From assembly GCA_046563655.1 (NCBI GenBank), contig CM102285.1, positions 10,912,001 to 10,976,000 on the forward strand: a DNA stretch of 64,000 nucleotides, written 5' to 3'. Below the pieces are notes generated by a model. It saw nothing but the letters and a program-made list of their open reading frames with translations, ran no database searches and was not told where the DNA came from. Shown piece after piece: positions 25,266-39,578 of the stretch. Source of the stretch: Yuukianura sp. NJ FZ-2021 (Eukaryota). Position numbers and translations under genes: made by a program. Numbering within the stretch: position 1 is the stretch's first letter; every line of letters starts with the position of its first letter.

Positions 25266-28200
25266 CTATTAGGTGCTCTGTGTAGCCTGGAAATGAAGAG
25301 TACCGTAACCGTAACATTGACTTGGTGGGCACGTTCGTCTACTATCGTAAAAAGGAATCAAAAAGGAGCCTTTGGCCGCATTTTGAAAAACTTGTTTCAA
25401 AAGAGGAGCAGCATAGTAGCAGTTATTGAAGATGCAAAGTGCATCTCTTGTATGAGTACGAGCCTTTTGAAATTTAAGGTGGGGCTGGGCACTTGAATTC
25501 TAATTGAATCCCATTGTTTGCCTCAATTAATTGTCACTTTTTAAAAATCAACTTGGCATCCGCTTGTGCAGATAGGAGACACATTGAAATTGTAAACAAG
25601 TTTGACACAAGCACTTGGCTGTAGGTTGATGTTAGATTTGGTTTAGGCTGCTGAGAACTTTAGGAAACTTTGAAGGAAACGACTTTCTTTTGGGTATCTC
25701 CGTTTGAATGACGCCCAGTTTGCACATCCTGAATCTTACAACTTAAAGTTAGGTAACGATGAATGAGTCACTTCAACAAGAAAATGTTTAAGAATCGTTT
25801 GGAAATAGAACGCGCAAGGCCGTTGACATTAACGTTTTGACAAAGTGATTTCGGACATTTAAAATTTTGCAGAAAACAAAGCGAAAGTAGGTTGCTGGAT
25901 TTGGACAGATTTGGTTTAGAGTGGTTCAATTTCGACGCCGGTTTCAGTTTTCATATTTTTTCTGATCTTTTCGGAAACTTCTCACAGGTGAAAAATCATT
26001 TTGGTCGAATTGTTAGCAACACGATAACACGCAATTCGATTGAAGCTAAATCTAATTAATTATAACATATATTTAATTAAATTTAATTCGTAAAAACTAT
26101 TACTGCTGTTTATTTTAACTGAAAGTTTTGAAGTTTCGAAACGAAATGTAAACTATCGGTGTTATGATGTAATTACCTATTTAAAATTCGTAAGTAATTG
26201 CGAATGGCGTTGAAGTTAAAACAAGACAGCGATTGTGTTTTACCATATTGCTGTTTTTCTGCTTACGACGCAGCACAAACGAAATTACGAATTTAATTTT
26301 ATATCAACTGTTAAAATAATTATAATTTAAAGTATAATGTAAATTTAGGGGTCTGTAATTGAGATTTACGAATGAACAGAGATCATGTTTTTGTTGCAAT
26401 TTCAATATTTACTTCTTGGTCATCTTTGCAGAACTCTTTAAATTGACGATGTTTAAATGTGTAATTTGTAATGGGCTTTTCCTTTGTTTTATTTATACTT
26501 TTGGAATATTGCAACATCCAAAACTTAGTCTTTAAAACGCAGAAAAAAATTGCTTTTGACGCGCATGAAATACTTTTGAGAAACGCAATTCAGCAATCCT
26601 TATTTCCCTTCTATTCTTAACAAAAACAATAATTCAAATTAAACCAAGAAGAGTCAGTTGTCTCTTGCTTGTCAAAGCTTAATTCTTTTCCAAGGTATAG
26701 GAAGTATGGTTTTTAATTTTGATAGTAATTCGATCCATTTCGTTATGAGAAACAAACTGATTGATTCTAGCGTAATTTGATTTCGTCTAAATTCTTTCGT
26801 TTGCTTTATTTCGTAGAATGTTGTTAAAGTGTTAAAAATTCGGCAGGTTAAATGAAATGGGACTTTCGTATTGCAACACACGAATAAAAAGTTTTCAAAA
26901 TTTTCACAAAATTTTGGTATCATCCTCTCACATCAATATTTCAGAACAAATTCCAATTTTGAGCAAGAAATTAAGGATAAAATGATGCCTTGCCCATTAC
27001 CAAAATTTTCTTCCTGTTTCCCTCGTACTGAATTCCTTAATTCGGAAGGGGTGGGAGAGAAGATGAGCCGTTTGAGGTGCGAATGAATGAATTTGCAATA
27101 AAATGAATTGGACTCAAAACGTAATTGTGGGCCATTGTGAGTCCATTGTTTTTTGAATTAATCATGCCTCTCCAATCCATCATTTAATTGAAAGGCTATT
27201 TCATAAGGCCCAGAGGCTTTGTTCAACCAATCAACCTTCTAAGTTTGACTCTTTTACTAAATAAGTTTAATTTATGAAGAATCTTCACTTTCACTTCTTA
27301 CTTTTGGCAGTCATAGAGGCGTTTAGGAACCATAATTCCCAACTTTTAGCAGCCGTGCCTCAAAGATTTACTTTTTTCAATGCGGATAATGTGGGCAGTT
27401 TAGTCGTAAATCTTCCATCGAGGGAATGAATGAAGGTAAAAATCTGCAGAGTGAAAATGGTAACTCGCATGATGGCACTCGTACTAAAAAAAGTACTTTT
27501 CAAGTGCATGAATATAACTAGAAAGACTTTGCAAATGTGTTTAGAAACTTTTTCCGAGAGCCAAAGTCACTGTACCAGCACAATTTTTATTTTTGAACAA
27601 ATAAAAAGTTGCAGAAGTTTCAGAAGGTTAGGTTGATTTCGAATAGGATAGGGGACGCCGTGTCGAAGGTCAAATCTGAGCACCGCGTGTAACTGTTGTT
27701 GAAGGTAATCAAAACTTGAAAAAGCATGAAAACAAGGAAACTCGTAAAAACCTAGGTCTCTTAAAACGATTTTCAAGGGTTCGGAGCCCTTCCAAGGGAC
27801 TGGGAAACCCGGACGCTAACGCTAAGATTTCCTCCAAACGTTGGAATGCTGATTGTATTTTAGCTAAGATGAAGAAGACATTAGGCAGAAGTGACCATTG
27901 TAGGTTCAGGGGATTACCAGAAGATGTTTAAAAAGCACAGCATCCGGGTTGTTTTGGAAGTTTCGAAAAAAAAGTGGGGCATCGGATGCCTCAGGTTTGT
28001 AGAGTGCCGAAGTACTTTCGTACTAACTTCAAACTTGACTTAAATTTTTTTGCCACAAGGCATCACATCTCTCTGTGAGAGATTCTCAATAAGTTACCAC
28101 TTCAATATGAAAACTTCGCATCTTTACGCTTTTACATTTAAGTTAAGCATCTTTTCCTACTTTGACATTCCTACTGTCTTCAGATACACTTTGAAAGGCA

Positions 28201-30024
28201 GGAAATCCTAATTCAACTTTGAAAAAATATAATGGATGGACTTGCATGTGAAAATGTTGTAAAAGAACAATCTTCTCCATCTCACCTCTGAATTGTTCCT
28301 TTGGGATGCAAATCCTCATGCGATATTCTTCATTTTCATCAATTCTTTCGGTCCATGATCACCTGAGACACTCTCAGCATAATTTCATATCCCTCAAGCA
28401 TCTTGTTTTCACTTTTTTTTACCTTGTGAAACTGAAGAAGGCTCATTATAAATTGTGAATTTGGAAAATAATCATCATGCGGCTTGGGTTCTTGCAAAAT
28501 TTGAACCTGTCAAATTCATCTTTCGCTTTTATTTAACAAAAAGCCAAAGGCAAGCTGCAATTTTCTGTGTATAAAAAATTCCAAGTGGGCACTTCAGAAC
28601 ATAAGCACTTCAAGGACCGTTGAAAATGTAAAAGACTGAAGGATTTGTTATTAGTTTTTTAGCAACTTGCATTTCATTTCCTAAGTTTTATGATAACGTA
28701 ATTGCCTTTGCTACCGATTTTTTTGAAGCCAGAGTTGTATAAATTTTGAAAATTTTATTTCCTTTTGTAATGAACTGAAAGTACTTCAGGAGTTGCATAA
28801 ACTTTGAATGAGGGGATATCACTCGTCATTATGTCAATTATGAACGGAATTAATCTTAAGTTCAAATTATTATACAATTGTACCGTGCAATCATAAGATG
28901 TTTTCATATAACTTGGTAATAAGAGAAACAAAAGAGGTTTTCTTTAAATTCCGCTTAAAATCATAAATTGGCGAATCATTTAGAAGACATTACAACTTGA
29001 AACCTCTTCATGAAAACCTGTAAAGGTTGTCTCGTTGTGGGGGTTTTTCAGGAATTGTGTGAAGGAGCAAATGGAATAGAACCACTTTGGTAATATATCA
29101 TTAAAAGTTGAAGTTGTTTAGATTTAAATCGTCTTCAATCTCGCCTGTCAATGAACCAAGGGAAACACTTCAGTCAAAACAGAATCAAAGGTTGAACGCG
29201 TCCAAGAGGTCTCGGTGCTTTGATCAATTCGATCTCTGGAACGAGAATTGATTGAAAGATGGATGTGATTAAAAAGTAATATTGAAAAGGAATGGCTCAA
29301 TTTAGAGGTCTTCTGATTCTTCAGGAGCGATAACTTCTTATAACATAATAGCTATTATAAGAGATGCTCTTGAACGTATCGTCTGGGATTCAAAATACTT
29401 CAGGGTGTTAACTCTTGAAAAGATTGGCACATTTCAAATAGTATCATATTTAATTTCAGTTTGCAAAAAATAGTCTAGGAGTTGCCTGTCTGTTATCGTT
29501 GGCACAGATATTAAGATTTTCAAAAATTTGACCAAGGCAAGGGTATGTTCAAAAATGTATTACAGAATCCATGTGAAGCTGAAGAAAAAATATTTCGCCA
29601 AAAAAGCTTCAAATTTGTTCTTATAACACTAAAAAAAACCTTTTTTTTTGCCTAGAACCTCAGTTTTAGAGGAAATAAAACAACTTTTGTTTTAACATAG
29701 CTTTCCTTTTTGTCAAAAACTTTCAGCAAATCAATAAAAGTTTAAAAAACTCACTGATTTTTTTTTTGCCCGAATTACACTTGAAAAGTTTATAGTTTAG
29801 TTTATAAGCCACTCATGAAAAGCTAGAAGAGAGACAGAAAGTTTAAGTTTAAGTTTTAGTTAGGAATAAATCATCAGGGGCATCAGACTTTTCTTTTTCA
29901 AATGTTTCATATCTTAGGACGGGTCGATTTGATGAAAATTTTTAAATGTTCTTTTCTTCTTTTAATTTCTTAGAGAGCTGAAGTGCCGTTGCGGGTCAAG
30001 GGGTCAAGTGACCCCAGAACAACA

Positions 30025-33000
30025 ATGTTGCAACCAAGTGGAAATTTGCGAAGACCAAGCCTAGGCAGATTCTCATCTTTAGGAATGTTGCCAAAATCCA
30101 TCCTCGTAGTCCTCCTGCTAATTGCCTCCGTGACCTGTCAATGGAAACCAAGCGGAAGGAGTGATCTGCCGAGGTCAGTGCGCTCTTCCCTCGTGCGTCC
30201 CACTCGCGTCAGTTACGGTGACATTGAGAAAACAAACAAAACATGTCTGCCCAAAGACACTTGTGCTCCGAGTAGAAATGATCGAAATGGAGCCATGATG
30301 AATGACCCCAAGCGCAGAAATTGTAACTGTGATCAACAATGTATAGTCTACGAGGACTGCTGCGTTGATTCTCCCTATCGTCGTGACCCCAATGTGACCT
30401 ACAGGAAAAACGATTTGTTTGAGTGTGTCACTCTGCGACAATTTGGATCTTTGTACATGAAAACCAACTGTCCTGCGACTTGGAAAGACAATATGGTAAG
30501 CATTTTTACTACGTTTCGGAAATGTTAATGTTCCTCTAGGGGCTTTTAGCAAAATGAGTAGAAAATTGTGCATATTTCACTTTCGTCATGCGTCGTGTAC
30601 TTTGAATGTCCGAAAAGTGTTACTCTATTAATTAGAATTTGACACCTGAGACGTGAAAATGAGCAGCGTGCGTGTAATTACTTCCTAATTCGGCACTAAC
30701 ACTCAAGATTAAGTGCCACTAAAAAGTGACTTTCAACAATTCTAACGCTTTCAAATTTCCTTCATTTCGAAAATTTTCTGCTTGGAAAGTCGTTAATCTG
30801 AAATCTTAAAATTACTTTTTTAAGTTGAAATTTTTTTTCTGTAGGTCCGAGAAGGCTGTGAAGACGAACGAATTTCAGCTTACGATCCAATTTCAGCACT
30901 TCCCATAACCAACATGAAATCAGGCTACACTTACAAAAACTACTTCTGCGCTCTGTGCAACAATCAAACTTTTACAGATCGAATGGAAGTTTGGAAACCA
31001 AGGCTCGAGTGTCCTTCACTTTTTTCTAAGGAAATGGAAAATGTCAGCCAGAGTACTTTACTAAATCAGTTGGAGTATCGTCCAGAAGAAGGGCGCTGGG
31101 GATTGACAGTCGAACGCGGAAGAAATAAGATCTGGAACGGTTGCGGAATTGATCCCGTGGTACCGCAGGACGTTGAGTACCTCGTCAGATTCTGCAAACC
31201 AGCCATCAAGGACTGTCCACAAGGCTACAACAACACGGACGTAAGTTTTGAACCTAAAACAACAAAAAGGTATCAAAATTCACGTGAACATGGGAAAACG
31301 CTTGGCCTACTTTAATTTTAAAGTTTCATGACTAGTTGGCATTAGTTTTTCTGAACAATTCCCATAGGCTAGGCCCCTGTTTTCGTAAAAATGAATGAAT
31401 ATTTCTGCACTAACTTCCTTCCATTTCCGTTTTAAACGTCACTCTCGTCACGACCCGTAAGACTTAAAAAAATCTACAAAACTAAATAGATTTTGAATTT
31501 AATCCAACGAAAATTTCGATTTTGGGATCGGGAGTTTTTAGATGTAAATTTGTTAGCACATCTAAACCGCTGTAATTTTTACTGTACATTTGTACTGTTG
31601 TAAGTTCTGATTGTTTGCGCAAAGTTCGCTTTCGATTTCACGCATTTCAGAATTCGAAAAGCGGAAATTGGATTTTGTTTAGTGCCAGTTTAAAACGAGT
31701 CTGTAAGAGCCCATGCAGTACGTAATGACTTGCCGTAAAAAATTGTGAGTTTCACAAGAATTAGGCCCAATTATTAACAGCTATGGGTTCTCATAGGCGA
31801 CGACAGTAATTCTAGAAGTTGAAATTACCAAAATGTCATTTTAGAATCAGTTTGACTGACAAAATAATGCTGCTTTCATGTCACACACGACAGACGAAGG
31901 CGAGCATCATATTATCATCTGCATCCCTAAAACCAAACCCTGAAGCTCTCACATTCCTTTTAGTACTTTGAAATGAAAACCAGAAAAATTCCACTTTACG
32001 ATGTAAAAGCAGCAAAAATCTCAAAAGCGTGAAATTTTTTTGTGCTTTTCCCTTTTTACAAAAATAATCCTTGCAAAATTCCAATTTTTCCAAAAATCAA
32101 TCTCAAGTTGAAAACAATGGAAAACCACACTTGAAACTTTAGGAATTGAGTTCAAGGTAAATTTATTGCAAGCTCTAGTCCATGGTAGAACAGCAGAAAA
32201 TTCGCAAGGAAATGATTTTTCCTGTCAATTTCCTTGAGTAATCTCAGCACAAATTCAAAAGTTGTGTAGTGTGTCGATAAGGTTTAAAAAGTTTTTGAAA
32301 TCAGCAGAACTCCATTAGAAATGTTTGAAGATGAAGAAGCCTAAGGTGAAGAGACTTCTTTGCTTTTCACAGTTAATTAGCAAATCTCAATTAAGATGAT
32401 GTGCGGAACATTAGGAAGAATCTGCCATACCAGAGTAATGCATGTGTTGGTCATTTTTTATAAATTTTTGTTAGCCAAGCATAAATTGGCTAAACAATAG
32501 GGTTGATTCATTATTAGAAAATAGGTAGACCAAGGTAGTCATTATGTTGCCTTCAGCTTGTCAAAGAATTAGTTACAGCAGCAAATAACAAGGCCCTGAT
32601 GCCTTTGTTTTTAAAAATTTAACACAATTAGAGTTGGGTGAAGGATGTAATGGAAGTCACAAACATAGCATAGTAAATGTTGGTAGTGAATTATATAATC
32701 AAGTTCCCGTGAGTTCATTCTACTTCTCATAAACTCAAGTAAAAGTAAAAATGAAAATAACGCAACAGAGTTACGGAGTTCTTAACATTTCCGTTCATTT
32801 TACGCAACTTTGACAAAGTTATCCAACCAAAAAGACGTTGTAAATCACTTGTAACTGCTGAGTCCACTTTTCAAAAATAGAAATGTAAACAGTTAAGTCT
32901 CAGCGTTTTTTAATTTGTAACTACGTTTTTTTAAGCTAAAGATGTAACTCCAAAATAATGAATAAGTTCAACGCCGTGTGAAATTATAAAAAATTCATAC

Positions 33001-36000
33001 AAAGTCAAGTTATAATAAAATCCCTATTTTACAAAACTTGAAATTTTAACCGGCGTTAAAACTGTGCAGCAATTTTTTTAAACCCAATTTGAATCTGCAG
33101 AACGGATGTGCCCGAAAGGTGATATCTATGCGTGGGAACTAAGAAAAACATGAAGGTTTTTTAAAAGTTTTAAAAAGTCCAGAATTGACCTTCAAGTTTT
33201 CAACCGATTTTTGAAAAAAAAAAAACTCTAGTGGCAAATTTTGAAAAAAAATGTGCTATTGTCGACGCAGGAATTATTCATTTCGAACCAGCTTTGGCAC
33301 CAATTATTGTTGTAATTACGATACGATATTAGTCCTGTAAATCTGTTATGCGTAAGGATACGTTTTTACGGTGTATTTATTTCAAATTTTGAAGCTGGAG
33401 TCAGAGATTTGGTCATTTTTATTTGCAAAAAAAAACTTAAACATTTGAAAGTGGCTAATTTCTGTCTTTCGATGTACTTTCTAGATTCACCGAAAATGTC
33501 TCAGCTACACCGCTACAGTGTACCATTTGCAGGTTAGTTTCACATTTCAACGTTTTCCAATCTTTTGTTTTTTTTTTTCGAATTTCGAAGTTTGATTTTT
33601 TTCAAAATTTCAGGAAGGTTACCGCAACGTCCATTGTGCCATGTGCAATGGGATTTTGCCCGAGAACCTCTTCTGTGCTCCGCATGGAACAAGTCGCTCT
33701 GCCTTCCATTTTGAATTCAACCAAGCCGCTTTCAGTCAATTGTTTGACCTTAACCCAGAATCTGGAAACGATGTTGGAAAAATCCGGAAGTGTCGCCCAA
33801 GTGAAATTTTCGATCCGTTTTTCCAAAAATGTCGAGCAATCCTCTGTCAACCTGGGCAGTACTACAACAATGGCCAGTGCATCAACGTGGTCACGACGAC
33901 AACCACAACGACTACGTCTCAGAAGCCGATTGACATTGTCACTGGAAATGATTTGGAGGAAACTACTACGGGATACTTTGGTCAAGGGTCAACTGAATCT
34001 AGGAACAGGTCAACAGAGGAAGAAGAAGCAGAATTGTTTGCATCTTGTCCCAAGGTCATTCTGGAACCCTCCGAATATGGAATCCTCCAAAACGGAAGTG
34101 TCTACATTCGAGAATATGATTTGGCAATATCCAAAACCGGCTATGCAATTCAGAGTAACGATCGTTTGGTCATCTGCTCACCCAAAGCCACTTACTACAT
34201 TGACAAGTTCGGAGCTGTTTGGGGTTACATCAGTTTCGTTGGCGTCCTCATCTCTGTCATTTGTCTCCTATTGCATCTCGGAGCTTCCGCAATTGTTCCT
34301 GAACTTAGGAATTTATCCGGAAAAAATCTTGCTTCTCTCTCCGTGGCTCTGCTGGTTGTTTATTCAATTTTCCTTGGAATGCCGCTTGTCCAGATTCCAG
34401 GGTCAGCTTGTACTGTGATGGCAGTCATTTTATACTACAGGTAAGACTGAAAACAAAGAAAAAATCGTAAACAAGTCAAAATCATCATTAAAATTTCATC
34501 TCATTTGCTAAATTACTCGTAACAAAAGGATTCATTGTCAATTGTAAAAAGAAATCAAAAACTATGTTCGATTTGAACAGTTCGACGACCTTGGGAGGAT
34601 CTTTTTCTGAGAAATGAGATTCATATTTTTTGTGCTATAAGTTTTGCGTGCCAATTTCATGAAATTGAACAAAAAGTTGAGAAGGTATTGTTGTTGGAAA
34701 AATCTGGTGTGACAAGTTCCAAAATCCATGACTACTCGAGTCATGTCTAATGCGATCCCTTGAAAACTGTGCCTTTTCATGTTAACAAGCCTTCTAACAC
34801 CTTAGATGAGGAGAATTATAAGAAAATGATGCATGTCTAACTATACATTAAAGTTCCGTTAGCATCCTTTTCTTCTTTGGCAACCGAATTTTTATATAAA
34901 ATGGGCGCATGCTTCAACGATAACTTAAAATCTTCACCAAAAAAAGAATTTTAGCTATTGTTCTGTCAAGCGCGTCTAAATGTGTCCTGTTTTGTGATTT
35001 TTTCGACGCCAAACTTTTACTGTTGTGTTCGTAATGGTGCGAAGCAAAATGAGATCCTACTGAACTCTAGTCATCTGAAAATTAACTGTAGTTTGGTTTG
35101 ATTTTTTTCATGTGCCCTGATTTTGTCACCTCCACAAATCCTTACTCAAAATATCACTTTACCCGTTAACAGTTTTTTTTTCATGATTTTCAGTTTCATG
35201 GCTGCCTTTTGTTGGATGCTGATCCTGGCGTGGGATGTGTCAACAACTCTGCGAAGAGCTACGCAAGAGCTAAGAATTTCTTCTGGAACGCAGTGGACAA
35301 GGTTCATTTGCTACTCAATGTTCGGATGGTTGTTTCCAGCCGTTCTGGTCACAATTGCTGTCATCGCTGAACTTCTCCCGAGCGATATCATGTCTTGGTC
35401 GTACAGTCCAAATTTTGGGCATCAGACGTGTTGGTTTGGTCATAAACCGGCGCTGCTAATTTATTTCGTTGGACCCGTTGGATTCATTCTTCTTCTAAAC
35501 ATCATCCTGTTCATTGATTCAGCACGAATGATTGCTTCCACGACGCATGGTACAGCAAAAGCCAAAGCCTGCGGCCCTTCACATAAAAATTTCAAGTAAG
35601 GCACAAACTACTGTAACTAAACTTGAATTGAAGGTATACATAAGACAAAAGTTAATTAAGAAGAGGAGGAGTAGGAATGGATCTGACCTGAATTGTTGAT
35701 TCTTGGTAATTTCCGCATTCGCATCGATTCTTGCTGTTTTTTTTCTCAAGTCCATTGTTACTTTACAATAATGCTCAAACGCAAAACCTAAACCACGAGA
35801 ACAAGAGAACTTTAAAATTATGTCATCCTGCGTAATCACTTCCGTCCGTCTTCTTTGTGTGTAATATCATAGCTGACTAACTTACTTTGGTTGGATAATA
35901 CGAAAAGTGAAATTATTCCATTGTTGTCTTCTTGGTTTCAGATTGTACATGCGGTTGGCTCTTCTGATGGGAATCAGTTGGATCATGGGAATTGTTGCTG

Positions 36001-36374
36001 GGTTTGTTGACGTCTCCATCCTCTGGATCATTTTCATTCTTCTCAACACCCTTCAAGGACTCTTCATCTTCTTAGCCTTCACTTGCACAGCTAAAGTACG
36101 AAGAGTTCTCAAAACAAAACTCTGCTCGTCATCTCCTCCAACAAATGCTTCCTGGACATGGTCTGGAATTGGAGTAAACGGAAATAAAAATATGATACGA
36201 ACTACCTCATCTTCATCAGCAAATACCAAAAGATCAGAATTAGAATCCAGAGATTCAAATGACTCACATCACAGTGTCAGAAGTATTCATTCCCAGCGTT
36301 CAGCCCTTCACTCTCTGGGACGCAGTGGTCATCACTTGTACGGAACTTCTGCAAATTCAGCTTACATGGCCTAG
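30025..36374 (+). CDS. Family-B/Methuselah-like 7TM GPCR with N-terminal somatomedin-B-like and Cys-rich ectodomain, about 858 aa
   Basis: Exons 30025-30495, 30845-31240, 33485-33532, 33614-34440, 35194-35595 and 35942-36374 join in frame. Signal-like segment ILVVLLLIASVTC; SMB-like CNCDQQCIVYEDCCVD; two YxNxxCAxCN repeats; Thr-rich stalk; 7TM_2 hallmarks LRNLSGKNL, FMAAFCWM, YSMFGW, CWF, LMGISW and LNTLQGLFIF. Confidence 0.88.
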
Positions 36375-36984
36375 ATAAATGCGAAAGTTAGCAAAAATAG
36401 TCGACAAATATGAACAAAAATAGATTAAGTTTTAGTGACATAGACATACCTTAGCAAATCCTTCATTTACTTTAGAAGCTTCGGAAACTTCTTCTACTCC
36501 TGTTTTTCTTATGTCTAACTGTAACGTTACCAATCATGCAAGGAGTAATAGAGTCCGTATCAGGGAAATTAAACTTTGTCAAAACTATTGTACAAATGTT
36601 AGAAAGTTCGGGTAAGTTAAAATACTTTGAGATCAGTTACGACTAATACGATTAAGTACTTAAAAAAATTATGTAAGACTCATGTATATTTTTGTTGAAA
36701 ACATTTCAAGTTCTTCAACATCTCTCATGCAAAATGGATTTCTCGAATGATAATTGAATGTTAAAGTTAAGAATTAAATGTTTAACGTTGTAGAAAGTAT
36801 TAAATGAGTATATGATATTCCCTCTGAGAGTGCCGATACAAAGATCTTTTAATTTTAAGTTCTTGAAAAATTCAAGAGTAATGCTTAGATGGAATTGGGT
36901 AGTCTATAGAAAATTGTTTAGGGTAAGCTGACCTTATACAAGAAGAATAAATGTTTTAGTAGAAGATCGGAGAGTCCTAATTTT

Positions 36985-38162
36985 CTATTTCTTCTTTTTC
37001 TTCTCGGCTTCTTCTTCCTTCTCTTTCTCCACTTGTTGAACATATTTGTCGATTCGTTCAATATCCATCATCTAGTAAAACCAAATTCAATTTTCAAAGT
37101 TAATTTTTGCAGTGCTACGCTTGAGTGAGTGTGAGTTTGAGTTTTAGTTTTGCCTGTAAGGGTTCCCCGGGTCGCATGATGGCCAATTCCAAGTTTTTGC
37201 CTCCCGACTGGACAACTTCTAGTAAAGCACGGATTGCCAGCTTGACGGTTTTCTCTTCCGTATCAGTTTCTTCTGGGGAGTAATACTTCTCCAAAAATTC
37301 GCGAACCTGGAATAAGGTACGGCATTGTTAGGTAAAATTATTCCGATTCAGTCAGTAAACGAGTCAACAAAAACAGTAGGGTGTAAGCTATTACCGTTTT
37401 AGCATTACGTCCAGTAGCATTTGCTTTCCATTCATGGAAAGTTCCGGACGGTTCCGTTTGATAAAGACGAGGAGTTCCGTCATAATCAAAGCCACCGATA
37501 AGACATGAAATTCCGAAAGGTCGCCGACCGTTACTTTGAGTATAGCGCTGCTTCAATTCTGGAAATCGAAATAATTAAGTTTCACTACATTTTGCTTCAC
37601 ATCAGGGGCCTCTTGCCCATTGTTGGATCTATGCATTATGTTTAATCGAGGTTTACCGGCAATATAACGGGTGATGTATTCCAGTGTCACAGGGTCTTCC
37701 ACTGTCAGTTTGTGAGACTGGCATTCTACTCTGGCTCGGTTTATAAGTATCCGGGCATCCGCCGTCAGACCTAGGAAAAACATAACACCGACGTTTTCAT
37801 GTTTTATTGTATTACCTCGTTTAAACGATAATTGTCATTTCACAACTTCAGCAGCATTTACCAGCAAACGCCATCACTACATGATTATCCAGGAGACAAA
37901 TTTTCCGGACTGTCCGCTCTTCCTGAAGCTTGGCAACCGACTTCTTTTCAACTCCTAGAACAACACACGTCTTTCCTCTAACTCCGACCTGAAAATAAAC
38001 CAAATTCAAATCATGTCAGTTGCATAAGGTCAAGATCATGTCATGTTCAGTACTCACCGCAGTTGACCCCTTCTTGACAGCTTCTTGGGCATACTCAACT
38101 TGGAACAAGTGACCATCAGGCGAGAAGACGGTAATTGCTCGATCATACTTGGCACTTCCCAT
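36985..38162 (-). CDS. PSMA7: 20S proteasome subunit alpha-4 (alpha type-7), 249 aa
   Basis: Exons 38058-38162, 37862-37988, 37657-37770, 37395-37558, 37154-37306 and 36985-37071. Motifs [50 protein letters not shown] and [14 protein letters not shown], plus the charged tail [14 protein letters not shown]. Confidence 0.97.
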
Positions 38163-39578
38163 GTTCGATTAATTCAGAACGTTGATTATGATCAAATCCA
38201 GAAGAAACCAAATCCTCTTTCGATATCAACAATTAATCAAACTAAAAACACAAAACGAAAGGCAGAATGAATTTGCAAATTTTCAAAATTTAGTTGTTTT
38301 GATTCAAATTTAATTTTGAGTTTTCAATTTCATTCAATTCAAGTTCAACTTCAACACAAACACAACTTTTATCATACATTACATACACAACCTACTGCAT
38401 CTGTGGGCAAACTAACGCCAAAATTCAATCACAATTTACCAAATACCCGTCCTATCATCAATTTACAACTCGCCACAGTTTTGTTCATTACAATTCAATA
38501 TACTTATGTAAGGCTGTAATTAAAGTGACAAAAGTTTATACAGAAAACAATGATGACTTTAAAATAACTTCAAAGTAAAATCAACGTTTGTCCACATGTA
38601 AGGACGAATAGAGTAGAGCTCGAATAGCTCTTTGTGTCATCAAAATTTCAAAATTTTACCGGTGACAGTTCAAATTTTAAATGTTCAAATTGCCCAGACT
38701 CACATTAAAAAATTTCACAACTCTCACTAGATGTCTGGGCCATGTCAAAGTTGCAAGCAAAATTTAATGCAAATTTACCTTTGATAACGAGATGAAGGGT
38801 CGATTTGATGAATGAAAAGGCGACATGCTGTCTGTCAAAGGCAATTAAATTATGCTAATCAAGTACACTTGTACTTTACAGAATGAATGGACGTAAAAAC
38901 AAAATACAACCGGGTTTAACTTATGAATGAACGTAAAATGGAAAAGTCCATGCCACTTTTCATTCATGAATCAGGGTGTGTCAGGGGAGGCAGGGTCAAA
39001 GCGTCGGGCATGCTTATAAACAAATTCCTTGTTCAAAATTAAGTCGTACAAGTTTAGAAAAGTAATTCTGTATATATTTTAATTAAAACATGTCTAACAA
39101 CGTTAACAGAATCTGTTCTAATTTAACTCGAATTGATATTTGCTAAGTGTAAGCGTGAGTTACTACTTTCTTTTATGGCCTTTTATATGCGAGAAACTGA
39201 GAACGATTTGATCAGAACACTTTTAAACAAATTTTTTGAACAATTTTTTAAAATTTTTATTTTTTAAATTCTTAAAAGCATTGGTAGTCTTCATAAAATT
39301 GACCTTTTTAATTCGAAGCAGTATCTTGCATTCACGAGCGATTACGAATAAGACGTTTTCATACTTGACGAAATATTTCAAAAGTAGAGGGCCCTGAACT
39401 CCCCTAAGAAGATCCAAATCACCTAGGTAACTAATGCCAATTTGTGTACGTGTAAAAATGACGATAGACTGATAAAACGCTTTGTCTGTCACAGGGTACT
39501 GAGCGTGACCTCTCTGCTCGTTTCTTAACCGCTACAACTTAAGTTCTTCGTATTTTGTGTCCTTCATCTTGCTGAGTC

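Noticed and set aside
33636..34418. 260-aa alternative-frame ORF overlapping GPCR exon 4
   Set aside because: Shadow frame of a real exon with a non-ATG start and no independent coding features.
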